Positions 7,987 to 16,895 are shown, counted from the first letter of the stretch. The stretch: 32,000 nt of DNA from Anaerolineae bacterium (GCA_046760785.1 JBHIET010000034.1:1851-33850); one strand, 5' to 3'. A program made the numbers and translations. Notes: a model not told the origin generated them from the letters alone.

Positions 7987-8948
7987 ACGAGCCAGTGTTG
8001 CGGATACATAATCTCGATGTGGATTATCCCACCCGGGCTGGCGTCGTGCGGGCGGTGGATGACGTCAGCCTGGTGGTGTACCGGGGCGAGGTACTGGGCT
8101 TGGTGGGCGAGTCGGGCTGCGGCAAGTCCACCCTGGGGATGGCGATTCTGCGCCTGCTGCGCCCGCCGGGCAAAATCGTCGCTGGCGAGATCGATTTCGA
8201 CGGACGCAATCTGCTGGAGCTGGACGATGAGGAGATGCGCCACCTGCGGGGTGCGCACATTTCGATGATTTTCCAGGATCCAATGACCTGTCTGAACCCC
8301 TTGCAGCGCATCAGCGATCACGTCGTGGAGACGATCCAGACACATCGGCCTGGGATAAGTGAGCAAGAAGCGCGGAGGCAGGCAGCGGAGCTGATTGATG
8401 AACTGGGCATCAGGGCTGAGCGGCTGGATGATTACCCGCACCAGTTGAGCGGCGGCATGCGTCAGCGGGTGATGATCGGGCTGGCACTGGCACTGAACGC
8501 CGACCTGATCATCGCCGACGAGCCGACGACCTCGTTGGACGTGATCGTCGAGGCCCAGTTCCTCGACCTGCTCAGAGACCTGCAGCGTCAGTTCAACCTG
8601 ACCATTATCCTCATCACCCACAACATCGGCGTGGTGGCCGAGTTAGCGGACCGGGTGGCGGTGATGTACGCTGGCAAACTGGTGGAGTTGGCGGACGCAT
8701 ACCCTCTCTTCGACGATCCGCTCCATCCCTACACCCGGGGGCTGTTGAACTCGGTGCCCAACATCAGCCTCACAGATGATCACCTGCAGATTATGAGTGG
8801 ATCACCACCCGACCTGATCACCCCGCCGCCTGGCTGCAAGTTCCACCCTCGCTGCCCTCACGTGATGGATCGCTGCCACACCGAGGAACCGCCCTTCAAG
8901 GAAGTGCGACCAGGACGTCGGACTGCTTGTTGGTTGTATGGAGAGTAG
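7983..8948 (+). CDS. ABC transporter ATP-binding protein (DppD/OppD type)
   Basis: Walker [10 protein letters not shown], signature LSGGMRQR, Walker B LIIADEPTTSLD, and a C-terminal oligopeptide-type Cys/His tail (PPGCKFHPRCPHVMDRC). Confidence 0.95.
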   Translation: MNEPVLRIHNLDVDYPTRAGVVRAVDDVSLVVYRGEVLGLVGESGCGKSTLGMAILRLLRPPGKIVAGEIDFDGRNLLELDDEEMRHLRGAHISMIFQDPMTCLNPLQRISDHVVETIQTHRPGISEQEARRQAAELIDELGIRAERLDDYPHQLSGGMRQRVMIGLALALNADLIIADEPTTSLDVIVEAQFLDLLRDLQRQFNLTIILITHNIGVVAELADRVAVMYAGKLVELADAYPLFDDPLHPYTRGLLNSVPNISLTDDHLQIMSGSPPDLITPPPGCKFHPRCPHVMDRCHTEEPPFKEVRPGRRTACWLYGE

Positions 8949-8984
8949 ACGAGGGTACAGGTACACAAGTATACAGAGGACACT

Positions 8985-10007
8985 ATGCCTGATGCATCTG
9001 ACAACCTGGTTGAGGTCAGGAACCTGAAGAAATGGTTCCCGGTACAGAAGAGTTTTGTCGAACGGTTGGTGACCCGCCAGCGGCAGTTCGTGCGCGCTGT
9101 AGACGGGATAGATTTTGAGATTCGCCGCGGGGAGGTCTTTGGGTTGGCCGGAGAAAGCGGCAGCGGCAAGACGACGACGGGACGGCTGATCTTGCGCCTG
9201 GTGGAACCCACAGAGGGAAACATCATCTTCGATGGCATGGACCTGGCCGAGCTGCCCGACGAAGAGATGCGCCTTGTGAGGCAACGTATGCAGGTCATCT
9301 TCCAGGACCCGTTTGCCTCGATGAACCCTCGTATGAAGACCGGCGATGCCATCGGTCATGCGTTAGAGATCTATGGTATCGCCCGTGGCGCGGCCAAGCG
9401 CGAAATGGTCATCAGCTTGATGGAAAAGGTCGGCCTGACCCCCGCAGCGACGCTGTACGATAAGTATCCGCATCAGCTCAGTGGCGGCCAGCGGCAACGG
9501 GTCGTCATCGCTCGCGCCCTGATCATGACCCCCGAGATGGTCGTGGCCGACGAGCCCATCGCCATGGCTGACGTGTCGGTACGGGCCTTATTGCTGGAAC
9601 TGATGATCCAGCTCAAAGAAGAGTTGGAGCTAACTTACCTTTATATCACGCACGATCTGGCCACGGCCAAATACATCTGCGACCGGATTGCGATTATGTA
9701 TCTGGGGCTGATCTGCGAAGTGGGGGCACTGGAACAGGTCTATCGCGACCCACAACATCCCTACACACAGGCATTGTTAGCTGCGGTACCGGTGCCCGAT
9801 CCCCACGCCCGTCGCACAGCCCCTCTGCCCAAGGGAGAGATTCCCAGCCCCATCAACCCACCGTCGGGGTGCCGGTTCCATCCCCGCTGCCCTATCGCAG
9901 AGGAGGTTTGCTCTAAAGAACCACCTTCTCTCCGACCAACGCCAGGCGACGAGGGACACCTGGTCGCCTGCCACCTGGTACATACTGGTTTGTCAAGGAT
10001 GATGTGA
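8985..10007 (+). CDS. ABC transporter ATP-binding protein (DppF/OppF type)
   Basis: GESGSGKTT, LSGGQRQR, VVADEPIAMADVS (variant D-loop) and a PSGCRFHPRCP tail. Confidence 0.95.
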   Translation: MPDASDNLVEVRNLKKWFPVQKSFVERLVTRQRQFVRAVDGIDFEIRRGEVFGLAGESGSGKTTTGRLILRLVEPTEGNIIFDGMDLAELPDEEMRLVRQRMQVIFQDPFASMNPRMKTGDAIGHALEIYGIARGAAKREMVISLMEKVGLTPAATLYDKYPHQLSGGQRQRVVIARALIMTPEMVVADEPIAMADVSVRALLLELMIQLKEELELTYLYITHDLATAKYICDRIAIMYLGLICEVGALEQVYRDPQHPYTQALLAAVPVPDPHARRTAPLPKGEIPSPINPPSGCRFHPRCPIAEEVCSKEPPSLRPTPGDEGHLVACHLVHTGLSRMM

Positions 10008-10095
10008 TGGGTAGGGGCAAACCTGGCGCTTGTCCCAGAGGGCAAAACCGCCGCTGCCTCCGCGGGGCGAATGGCCCGACGCTGCCTCTCGCCCC

Positions 10096-10929
10096 CTACC
10101 GTGGCCACAGCGTCTCCTGCAGCCCGTCTCCCACCAGGTTAGCCGCCAGCACCGTCAGCGTCAACGCCAGGCCGGGAAAAGCGCTTACCCACGGCGCGTC
10201 CCGCAGGTAGCCTCGGCCTTCGGCCAGCATTGCCCCCCACTCAGGGGTGCCCGGCGGCGCTCCTAGACCCAGGAAGTTGAGAGCTGCCCCGTTGAGCAGC
10301 ACCCATCCCAGTTGAGCGGCGGCGAAGGCCACGAGTGGCGCGGCTGCGTTAGGCAGGACGTGGTGCACCAGGATGCGCTGCTCGCTGCACCCCACGGCGC
10401 GGGCCGCATCAACGTAGGGTTGTGCGCGCACCTCAAGGACGGCGCTGCGGGCCACCCGGGCGTAGGCCGGTGCCGCCGCCAGCCCTACCGCTACCGCCAC
10501 CGAGCCCATACCCGGCCCGAGCAGTGCCACCACCACCATCGCCAGGAGAAGGCCGGGGAAGGCCAGCAGCGCATCCACAAGGCGCATCAACGTCGCTTCG
10601 ACCCAGCCACCAAAGAGGCCAGCCACCAGACCGGTTGGCAATCCCAGCCCTACGGTCACTGTCAGGGCCGCCAGACTCATCCCCAACGTCCAGCGTCCGC
10701 CCCACAGGAGCCGCGCCAGCACATCCCGGCCCAACAAGTCGGTCCCCAGCAGCCCACCTGGCCCCGGCGCCAGGAGCGTATGGGTGGTATCAGCCGCCAG
10801 GGGGCCAGCGGGAGCCAGCAACGCAGCCAAACCTGCCCCCAACCCGGCCAGCGCCAGCCAGGCCAGCGCAGCCAGTGTGACCGGTTGCCGCAGAAGAGGA
10901 CGTGGGGGCGGAGCAAACCACTCGATCAC
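10096..10929 (-). CDS. ABC transporter permease (DppC/OppC type)
   Basis: Same frame as ORF 10096..11052. The G/P-rich N-terminal extension overlaps the upstream gene. GTG 10929 gives a GTGA stop/start overlap with the upstream permease stop (10926-10928). Motifs: LLGTDLLGRDVLARLLWG, YVDAARAVGCSEQRILVHHVLPNAAAPL. Confidence 0.85.
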   Translation of the reverse strand: MIEWFAPPPRPLLRQPVTLAALAWLALAGLGAGLAALLAPAGPLAADTTHTLLAPGPGGLLGTDLLGRDVLARLLWGGRWTLGMSLAALTVTVGLGLPTGLVAGLFGGWVEATLMRLVDALLAFPGLLLAMVVVALLGPGMGSVAVAVGLAAAPAYARVARSAVLEVRAQPYVDAARAVGCSEQRILVHHVLPNAAAPLVAFAAAQLGWVLLNGAALNFLGLGAPPGTPEWGAMLAEGRGYLRDAPWVSAFPGLALTLTVLAANLVGDGLQETLWPR

Positions 10930-11858
10930 GCCAACTCCTCCCGCAGCCGGGGGTCCAGCCAGGCCTGGGCCAGGTCCGCTGCCAGATTGACCAGGACGTA
11001 AGTCAGAGCACCAAACACAACCACGCCTCGTACCACCGGCAGGTCCCGCCATGAGATTGCCTCAAGCACCAGTTTTCCCAGCCCCCGGCGGGAGAAGACC
11101 GACTCGGTGACCACCGCCCCGCCCAGCAGAAAGCCGAACTGAAGGGCGACGACGGTGAGAGCAGGGGCCAGTGCGGAGCGGAGCACGTGGACGCAGATCA
11201 CCCGGAACGACGAAAGCCCCCGCGCCCGCGCCGCCAGCACGAATGGCTCTCCCAGCACCTCCACCACGCGGGCCCGTACCAACCGGGCGGTGGAGCCGGA
11301 GAGGGCAAAACCTAACACCAGCGCCGGCAACACCAAGTGTCGCAGGTCTCCCTCACCGGCAGAGGGTAACCAGCCCAGTTGGAGCGAGAACAGGAGAATC
11401 GCCAGAATACCCGACCAGTAGGTGGGCGTAGAAAGACCCAGCACAGTCAACGCCGTGGCAACCGTATCCAGCCAGGTGAACCGGCGGAGGGCAGCCCCAA
11501 CTCCCAGGACCAGTCCCAGCACAATGCCCACCACTGTTGCCGCTACCGCCAGCGCCGCCGTCGGGGGAAGCTGCTCCAGGATCACCTGGCTCACTGCCCG
11601 GCCGTGAAGCCAGGACTTTCCCAGATCCCCCCGCGCCAGATCGAGCAGGTAGCAGGCGTACTGCACCAGCAGGGGATCGTCCAACCCCAATTGGGCGCGT
11701 CGCTCGGCGATCTCCTCGGGGGTAGCGCCGGAGGCGGCCAACAACGCCTGGGCGGGGTCGCCCGGCGTCAACTGCATGGCCACGAAGGCCAACGTAGCTG
11801 CTAACCAAAGGACGAAGGCCGACTGAAGCAGCCTTCGTCCCACATACTTCGCCATCAC
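10926..11858 (-). CDS. ABC transporter permease (DppB/OppB type)
   Basis: 310 aa. MAKYVGRRLLQSAFVLWLAATLAFVAMQLTPGDP, FVLAARARGLSSFRVICVHVLRSALAP, LDPRLRE. The start is GTG 11858 or the adjacent ATG 11855. Confidence 0.9.
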   Translation of the reverse strand: MMAKYVGRRLLQSAFVLWLAATLAFVAMQLTPGDPAQALLAASGATPEEIAERRAQLGLDDPLLVQYACYLLDLARGDLGKSWLHGRAVSQVILEQLPPTAALAVAATVVGIVLGLVLGVGAALRRFTWLDTVATALTVLGLSTPTYWSGILAILLFSLQLGWLPSAGEGDLRHLVLPALVLGFALSGSTARLVRARVVEVLGEPFVLAARARGLSSFRVICVHVLRSALAPALTVVALQFGFLLGGAVVTESVFSRRGLGKLVLEAISWRDLPVVRGVVVFGALTYVLVNLAADLAQAWLDPRLREELA

Positions 11859-11875
11859 AGCCGTATCTCAGGACT

Positions 11876-11929
11876 ACGTGACACGCAATACGTAATACGT
11901 GTCGCGTACTGCGTGTTGCGTGCCGTGTC
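11876..11929. repeat. ACGCAA/CGTGT-rich palindromic repeat between SBP and permease genes
   Basis: acgtgacacgcaatacgtaatacgtgtcgcgtactgcgtgttgcgtgccgtgtc. Contains GACACG(11880-85)/CGTGTC(11898-903) and CGTGTTGCGTG, the same motif that is repeated at 27915-27970. Confidence 0.7.
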
Positions 11930-13519
11930 TCATTGGCCTTCCACTGCCACGTCAATCAACCACGGGAACCACCCCCGTGCGTCGAACTGGAGCCCCTGTA
12001 CCCGGTTGCTCACCCCGTTCAGGTTGACGTAGTCACGGATGGGGATCACCAGCGCCTGGTCCATCACCCGCAGTTGAACCCGGCTGTAGAGCGCGGCCCG
12101 CTCCGCCCGGTCGGACGTGCGCGCCGCCTCCTCGAGCCAGGCATCCAGGTCGGCGTCGTTCACCTTCGCCCAGTTGAACCCAGCCTGGGAGTGGAAGAAC
12201 TTGCGCAGGATGTCGGGGTCGCTGCCGGAGAGATTGAAGGGAATCAGGTGATGCTGGCCTTCATCTGCCACCTGCAGCGCCTCCGGGTAACTCACCACGC
12301 GGGCTTCTACCCCGATCCCCAGCTCCGCCCACTGGGCTGCCAGCAACTGGCCTACCTCTGGCATATAGCCCCATGCCATCAAGTAGAGATCGAGGGTCAG
12401 CGGTTCCCCATCCTGGTCGCGGATGCTGTCCCCGTCACTATCCGACCAGCCGGCTTCGTCCAACAGCGCCGTCGCCTGCGCCGGGTCGTGAGCGTAGTAG
12501 TCCTGCACCGTTGGCTCGTAGCCGAAGGTAGTCGCCGCCAGCGGCCCGTAGGCCACCGGGGAGGTGTCCCGGAAGACGGTGGAGATGATGGCCTGCCGGT
12601 CTGTCCCGTAAAGAAGCGCCTGCCGTACCCGAATGTCGTCCAGCGGCGGGTGGGTGGTGTTCATAAAGAACACCAGCGAAGCGCCGGGGATGGGCACCGC
12701 CTCGATGCGAAAGTCAGGACTCTCTTCCAGCCGGGCGGCGTCCTGTGGAGTAATTTCTCCCATCACATCCGCTTCCCCTGTCTCCAGCGCGGGCGACCGG
12801 GTGGCCGGGTCGGTGAAGAAGCGGAACTCGATCTCATCCACCCGGGCCGTCTCGTGTTGGTAGACGGATGGCCCCCAGGCATAGTCGGGGTTGCGCTGGA
12901 GCAACAGGTGGTCTCCTGGCACGTACTCAGCGAAGACGAACGGCCCGGTGCCCACCTGGTGCAACTGGTATTCATCTCCCCATTGCTCGACTGCGGCAGG
13001 GGAAACCATCGCCAGGTAGACCTGACTGAGCGAGTCCAGGAGAGGGGCAAACGGCTCGCTGAGGTAGATGCGAACCGCGTACTCGTCTACCACCTCCGTC
13101 CGCTCGTAAGGGCCGAGCATGAAGCGGGCCTTCTGGGAGGCCAGGTCGGGGCTGGTGATGCGCTCCAGGTTGAAGCGCACCGCCTCGGCGTTGAAGGAGG
13201 TGCCGTCGTGGAAGGTGACGTCCTGACGGAGGTAGAAAGTGTAGACGAGTCCATCGCTGGAGACTTCCCATCGTTCGGCCAGACCCGGGACGAACTCCCC
13301 GGTCTCCGGATCCTGGTATACCAGAGTATCGTATACCGAGGTGAGAGGGATGCCCAGCTCCGACGAAGCGTTGACGTGGGGGTCAATGCCCGAAGGTGTC
13401 AGGGTAAGACCGTATGTGATGTGGGCCTTGGGAGGCGGTGCACCACAGCCGACCAAGAGTGCCAAAAGTAGCGCGAGAACGAGCAGATTGCGGATTGCGA
13501 AGAGAAGGGAACGCTTCAC
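11930..13519 (-). CDS. ABC transporter substrate-binding lipoprotein, family 5
   Basis: Same frame as ORF 11930..13528. GTG 13528 overlaps the AGGAGG box itself (13533-13528), so GTG 13519, 8 nt downstream of that box, is preferred. KRSLLFAIRNLLVLALLLALLVGC is a lipoprotein signal. Body: YTFYLRQDVTFHDGTSFNAEAVRFNLER. Confidence 0.9.
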   Translation of the reverse strand: MKRSLLFAIRNLLVLALLLALLVGCGAPPPKAHITYGLTLTPSGIDPHVNASSELGIPLTSVYDTLVYQDPETGEFVPGLAERWEVSSDGLVYTFYLRQDVTFHDGTSFNAEAVRFNLERITSPDLASQKARFMLGPYERTEVVDEYAVRIYLSEPFAPLLDSLSQVYLAMVSPAAVEQWGDEYQLHQVGTGPFVFAEYVPGDHLLLQRNPDYAWGPSVYQHETARVDEIEFRFFTDPATRSPALETGEADVMGEITPQDAARLEESPDFRIEAVPIPGASLVFFMNTTHPPLDDIRVRQALLYGTDRQAIISTVFRDTSPVAYGPLAATTFGYEPTVQDYYAHDPAQATALLDEAGWSDSDGDSIRDQDGEPLTLDLYLMAWGYMPEVGQLLAAQWAELGIGVEARVVSYPEALQVADEGQHHLIPFNLSGSDPDILRKFFHSQAGFNWAKVNDADLDAWLEEAARTSDRAERAALYSRVQLRVMDQALVIPIRDYVNLNGVSNRVQGLQFDARGWFPWLIDVAVEGQ

Positions 13520-13632
13520 GATGTGCACCTCCTAGAGTTATGGCAGTAGACCGGTACATTGGTACATCAGACCAGCCTTCCAGCCTTCCAGTTTACCAAC
13601 CTACCAATCTACCAGCTTGCAGTTGGCACAAG

Positions 13633-13660
13633 ATTATATCACACCCGAGGGGGTTGACAA
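13633..13660 (-). promoter_or_regulatory. promoter of ABC locus 2 (TTGTCA-16 nt-TGaTATAAT)
   Basis: On the minus strand: TTGTCA (13660-13655), 16-nt spacer, extended -10 TGATATAAT (13641-13633). Confidence 0.55.
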
Positions 13661-13827
13661 GTCATGCCATTAACGATGCAATAACCTAATTGAACCGAAT
13701 TGGTCGTTAGGTGTATATATAGTGAGTGCGTTTCAGATGAAACACACCTGAATCCGTGTTGCCGCCGATCTCGCTGGACACCAGTGCCGAGCCGGCGCAC
13801 CTCACTTTGGTGAAGAGGCACGGACTC

Positions 13828-13855
13828 TTGACATTCGGCAGTTTTTCCATATACT
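13828..13855 (+). promoter_or_regulatory. sigma-70-type promoter of ABC locus 3 (TTGACA-16 nt-TATACT)
   Basis: TTGACA 13828-13833 and TATACT 13850-13855. Paralogous to 2953-2980. Confidence 0.6.
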
Positions 13856-14037
13856 AATTACACTGCAGGTGCAGGCGAACCAATATGCTGTGTGAGACTG
13901 CCTGCTGGGGTGCTGATTCTTCCCCAAAGAGTCTGTCAACATACGAAAGGAGGTGATGGCGCGAGATACATTTATCCTCATTCCGTACCCACCTAACTCT
14001 GTGCAACCATTTCTAAGTAAGGACAAGGAGGAGACAG
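13856..14037 (+). promoter_or_regulatory. conserved 5' leader of SBP gene 3
   Basis: Aligns without gaps to the locus 1 leader through CAGGCGA...GCCTGYTGGRGT, and again at GAAAGGAGGTGATGGCGCGAGATAC (anti-16S box 13947-13957, ATG 13956). Confidence 0.45.
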
Positions 14038-15762
14038 ATGAAAGCCTTGCGTATTCTGAGTGCCATAGCGGCACTGATGCTGGTCGTCGGCCTGGTGGCT
14101 TCGTGCGCGTGCCCAACACCGACACCGCCGCCGACCGAGGCGCCTCCGCCGACCGAAGCGCCTCCGCCGACCGAGGCACCACCGCCGCCGACCGAGGTGC
14201 CGGCTGCTGAACGCAAAGTCGTGACCTTCGCCTGGACCCAGGAACCTGACTCGCTGAACCCCTATTACACCGGTATGTGGTACTCGACGGCCACTCAAAT
14301 GGTCTGGAACTGCTGGGCCTGGCAGTTTGACGACACGAACACCGCCTACCCCCACCTGGTGACTGAAATTCCCAGCATGGAGAACGGCGGTGTTTCCGAG
14401 GATGGTCTCGTCATCACCATGCACCTGCGCGACGACATCGTCTGGTCGGACGGCACTCCCTTGACCTCGGCGGACTTTGTGTTCACCTACGAGATGATAA
14501 TGGACCCGGCCAATGCCGTTTACTCAATGTACCCCTACGATGCCCTCGAGAGCGTCGAAGCGCCCGATGAGCGGACGGTTGTGATGACCTTCACCGAGCC
14601 GTTCGCCTCCTGGGAGGCCACGTTCTGGACGGGCCTCCTGCCCAAGCACGTCCTGGAGCCGGTTTATGAGGCCGAGGGATCAATCCTTGAGGCCGATTGG
14701 AACATGGCACCGACCGTCGGCTGCGGCCCGTTCGTCTTCGATGAATGGGAGTCCGGCAGCTACCTGCACTTCGTCAAGAACGAGAACTACTGGCTCGGAG
14801 AGCCCAAGCTGGATGAGGTCTACTTCCAGTTGGTGCCGGACACTGACGCACAGACGGCAGCCTGCATAGCTGGTGACACTGATGTGGGTTTCTGGCCTCC
14901 TCTCGCGGATATCCCTGCCCTCCAGGAGGCCGGTCTCACAATCCTCACTCAGGCCTCTGGTTACAACGAGGGCTGGTACTTCCAGTTTGGTAGGGACACG
15001 GCCAGTCCCGGCGCTCGTGACGTAAATGTCCGTCAGGCCATCGCGATGGCCATCGACCGGGATGGGATCAACGAGGATTTGCTGCTCGGCCTGACCAAGC
15101 CTGCCGAAACCTTCTGGGATGCCATTCCGAACTACGTGTCCCCCGATATTGAGCCCTGGACGTATGACCCAGACGCGGCCATGCAGTTGTTAGAGGATGC
15201 TGGCTGGACCGATAGAGACGGCGACGGCATCCGCGAGGACGCGGACGGCAACAAGCTCACGCTGACACACGGCACCACTATCCGCACGATCCGTCAGGAC
15301 ACGCAGGCTGTGGTCCAGCAGCAACTGCTCGAGGTAGGCATAGACCTCCAGATACTCAGCTACGACGCCGATATCTACTTCGCCAGCTATGCCGAAGGCT
15401 CTCCACCGGCGCTCGGCGAGCTGGATATTTGTGAGTGGTCAGATGCTCCCTACTTCCCCGACCCCGACACGAATTACTGGTTGTGCGATGAGATCCCCAC
15501 CGACGAGAATCCCTACGGCGCCAACTTCTTCGGGTGCGACGAGGCCCTGGATGAACTCTTCAAACGCCAGATCGTGACCGTGAACGCCGAGGAGCGGGCG
15601 GAGATCTTCCACGAGATCACCAAGTACGTGCACGATCAGGTCTACTGGCTTGGTATGTGGGAGGACCCCGACATCTGGATCGTCAACCCGCGCCTGACCG
15701 GCGTCAAGTTCTCGGGCGTCACGCCGTTGTACAACATCATGGAGTGGGACGTGACCGAGTAG
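14038..15762 (+). CDS. ABC transporter substrate-binding lipoprotein, family 5, with PPPTEA-repeat tether
   Basis: AAGGAGGAG lies upstream. MKALRILSAIAALMLVVGLVASC is a lipoprotein signal. Family 5 body (ITMHLRDDIVWSDGTPLTSADFVFTYE, DRDGDGIREDADGNKLTL). Confidence 0.9.
   Translation: MKALRILSAIAALMLVVGLVASCACPTPTPPPTEAPPPTEAPPPTEAPPPPTEVPAAERKVVTFAWTQEPDSLNPYYTGMWYSTATQMVWNCWAWQFDDTNTAYPHLVTEIPSMENGGVSEDGLVITMHLRDDIVWSDGTPLTSADFVFTYEMIMDPANAVYSMYPYDALESVEAPDERTVVMTFTEPFASWEATFWTGLLPKHVLEPVYEAEGSILEADWNMAPTVGCGPFVFDEWESGSYLHFVKNENYWLGEPKLDEVYFQLVPDTDAQTAACIAGDTDVGFWPPLADIPALQEAGLTILTQASGYNEGWYFQFGRDTASPGARDVNVRQAIAMAIDRDGINEDLLLGLTKPAETFWDAIPNYVSPDIEPWTYDPDAAMQLLEDAGWTDRDGDGIREDADGNKLTLTHGTTIRTIRQDTQAVVQQQLLEVGIDLQILSYDADIYFASYAEGSPPALGELDICEWSDAPYFPDPDTNYWLCDEIPTDENPYGANFFGCDEALDELFKRQIVTVNAEERAEIFHEITKYVHDQVYWLGMWEDPDIWIVNPRLTGVKFSGVTPLYNIMEWDVTE
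14125..14196 (+). repeat. 18-bp tandem repeat (3 units plus a partial unit) encoding PPPTEA linker
   Basis: ccgccgccgaccgaggcg / cctccgccgaccgaagcg / cctccgccgaccgaggca / ccaccgccgccgaccgaggtg, in frame, directly after the lipobox Cys. Confidence 0.85.
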
Positions 15763-15787
15763 GCCCACATCCATCCCATGACCCCAA

Positions 15788-15816
15788 GGCCGGGACGGGA
15801 CGAGCCCGTCCCGGCC
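15788..15816 (+). other. intercistronic stem-loop (12-bp perfect stem)
   Basis: GGCCGGGACGGG acgag CCCGTCCCGGCC, between the SBP and permease genes. No T-tract follows. Confidence 0.7.
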
Positions 15817-15860
15817 GCATTCCCGGATTCTCAGACACGCTTCTCTGAGGGAGGGGTGCT

Positions 15861-16895
15861 ATGACCCGATATATCATCCGGCGGATTTTGCAGGCGGTGC
15901 CGCTGCTTCTTATCATTAGCCTGGCTATCTTCGTGCTGATGCGCAACGCTGGCGACCCTCTTGCCACAATGGGCGGGCGCCGCCCAACGCGATCCGAGGA
16001 TCGCGAGCGGTTGACGCGCGCGCTGGGGTTTGATAAGCCGCTTTACGTTCAGTATCTGTACTGGTTGATCGGCAACGACTGGACCAAGATAGACCTGGAC
16101 GGTGACGGCGTCCCTGAAACCCCCGGCGACCGGCGCGGCGTGTTGCGCCTCGATTTCGGTAACTCGCTGGTCATTCGAGGTAAGGCGGTGTCGGAGATCA
16201 TCTGGGAACGCTTGCCCAACACGCTCCTGCTGATGATCCCGACAGAGATGGTCATCGTTCTAGTTTCACTATTGATCGGCGTCTATTCAGCCCTGCGCCA
16301 GTACTCATTGACAGATCACCTGATCACTGCCGGCTCCTTCATCGGTTACTCCATGCCGATCTTCTTCGTTGCCTTGGTCTCCATGTACCTCTTCGCTGTC
16401 AACTTCAAACGCTGGGGACTGCCCTACCTGCCGACCGTCGGCATGTTCGACCCCCGGGTTGGCAAGACGCCGACTCAGATTGCGCTCCATATGGTGCTAC
16501 CAATCTTCAGTATGGCCGTCATGAGCGTTGCTGGCTACAGTCGCTATACTCGTTCTCAGATGCTGGAAGTCATCAGCCAGGACTATATCCGCACAGCTTA
16601 TGCCAAAGGACTGCCCCAGCGGATGGTGATCCTAGGCCACGCACTGAAGAACGCCGCACTGCCGCTTGTGACTATCGTCGGACTGGATGTCCCGCTGCTA
16701 CTGGGAGGCGCGGTCGTCACCGAAACTATCTTCGCCTGGCCTGGCATGGGACGGCTGTTTATAGACCATGTCTCCCGTGCCGACACGCCAGTCGTCATGG
16801 GTATCTTGATGTTGATCTCTGTGGCGGTCGTCGCATCCCAGCTCGTCACTGATATCGTCTACGCCTGGCTGGACCCACGTATCCGCTATGAGTGA
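15861..16895 (+). CDS. ABC transporter permease (DppB/OppB type)
   Basis: 344 aa. MTRYIIRRILQAVPLLLIISLAIFVLMRNAGDP, YIRTAYAKGLPQRMVILGHALKNAALPLVT, LDPRIRY. Confidence 0.9.
   Translation: MTRYIIRRILQAVPLLLIISLAIFVLMRNAGDPLATMGGRRPTRSEDRERLTRALGFDKPLYVQYLYWLIGNDWTKIDLDGDGVPETPGDRRGVLRLDFGNSLVIRGKAVSEIIWERLPNTLLLMIPTEMVIVLVSLLIGVYSALRQYSLTDHLITAGSFIGYSMPIFFVALVSMYLFAVNFKRWGLPYLPTVGMFDPRVGKTPTQIALHMVLPIFSMAVMSVAGYSRYTRSQMLEVISQDYIRTAYAKGLPQRMVILGHALKNAALPLVTIVGLDVPLLLGGAVVTETIFAWPGMGRLFIDHVSRADTPVVMGILMLISVAVVASQLVTDIVYAWLDPRIRYE

Noticed and set aside
10064-10095. GGGGCGA...TCGCCCC hairpin between the convergent loci 1 and 2 as a bidirectional terminator.
   Set aside because: The stem is only 7 bp with an 18-nt loop and no flanking T/A tracts, and its 3' arm ends immediately beside the permease stop codon (10096-10098). 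Evidence is too weak to annotate.
11933-13471. Long antisense ORFs opposite real genes: 11933..13471 (+, 512 aa), 3153..4109 (-), 7842..8621 (-), 10312..11001 (+), 17794..18621 (-), 18756..19898 (-), 23555..24478 (+), 25195..25794 (+), 26014..26520 (+), and the many 60-170 aa ORFs nested in coding regions.
   Set aside because: Each lies opposite a gene with clear family motifs. They have Arg/Gly/Pro/Val-rich, low-complexity composition typical of shadow frames in GC-rich DNA, and no RBS or recognisable domains.
13654-13682. Second plus-strand promoter TTGACA-17-TGCAAT about 380 nt upstream of the locus 3 SBP gene.
   Set aside because: Its -35 is simply the palindromic partner of the minus-strand -35 (TTGTCA/TTGACAA). 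The -10 is weak, and the stronger duplicated promoter at 13828-13855 is better supported.
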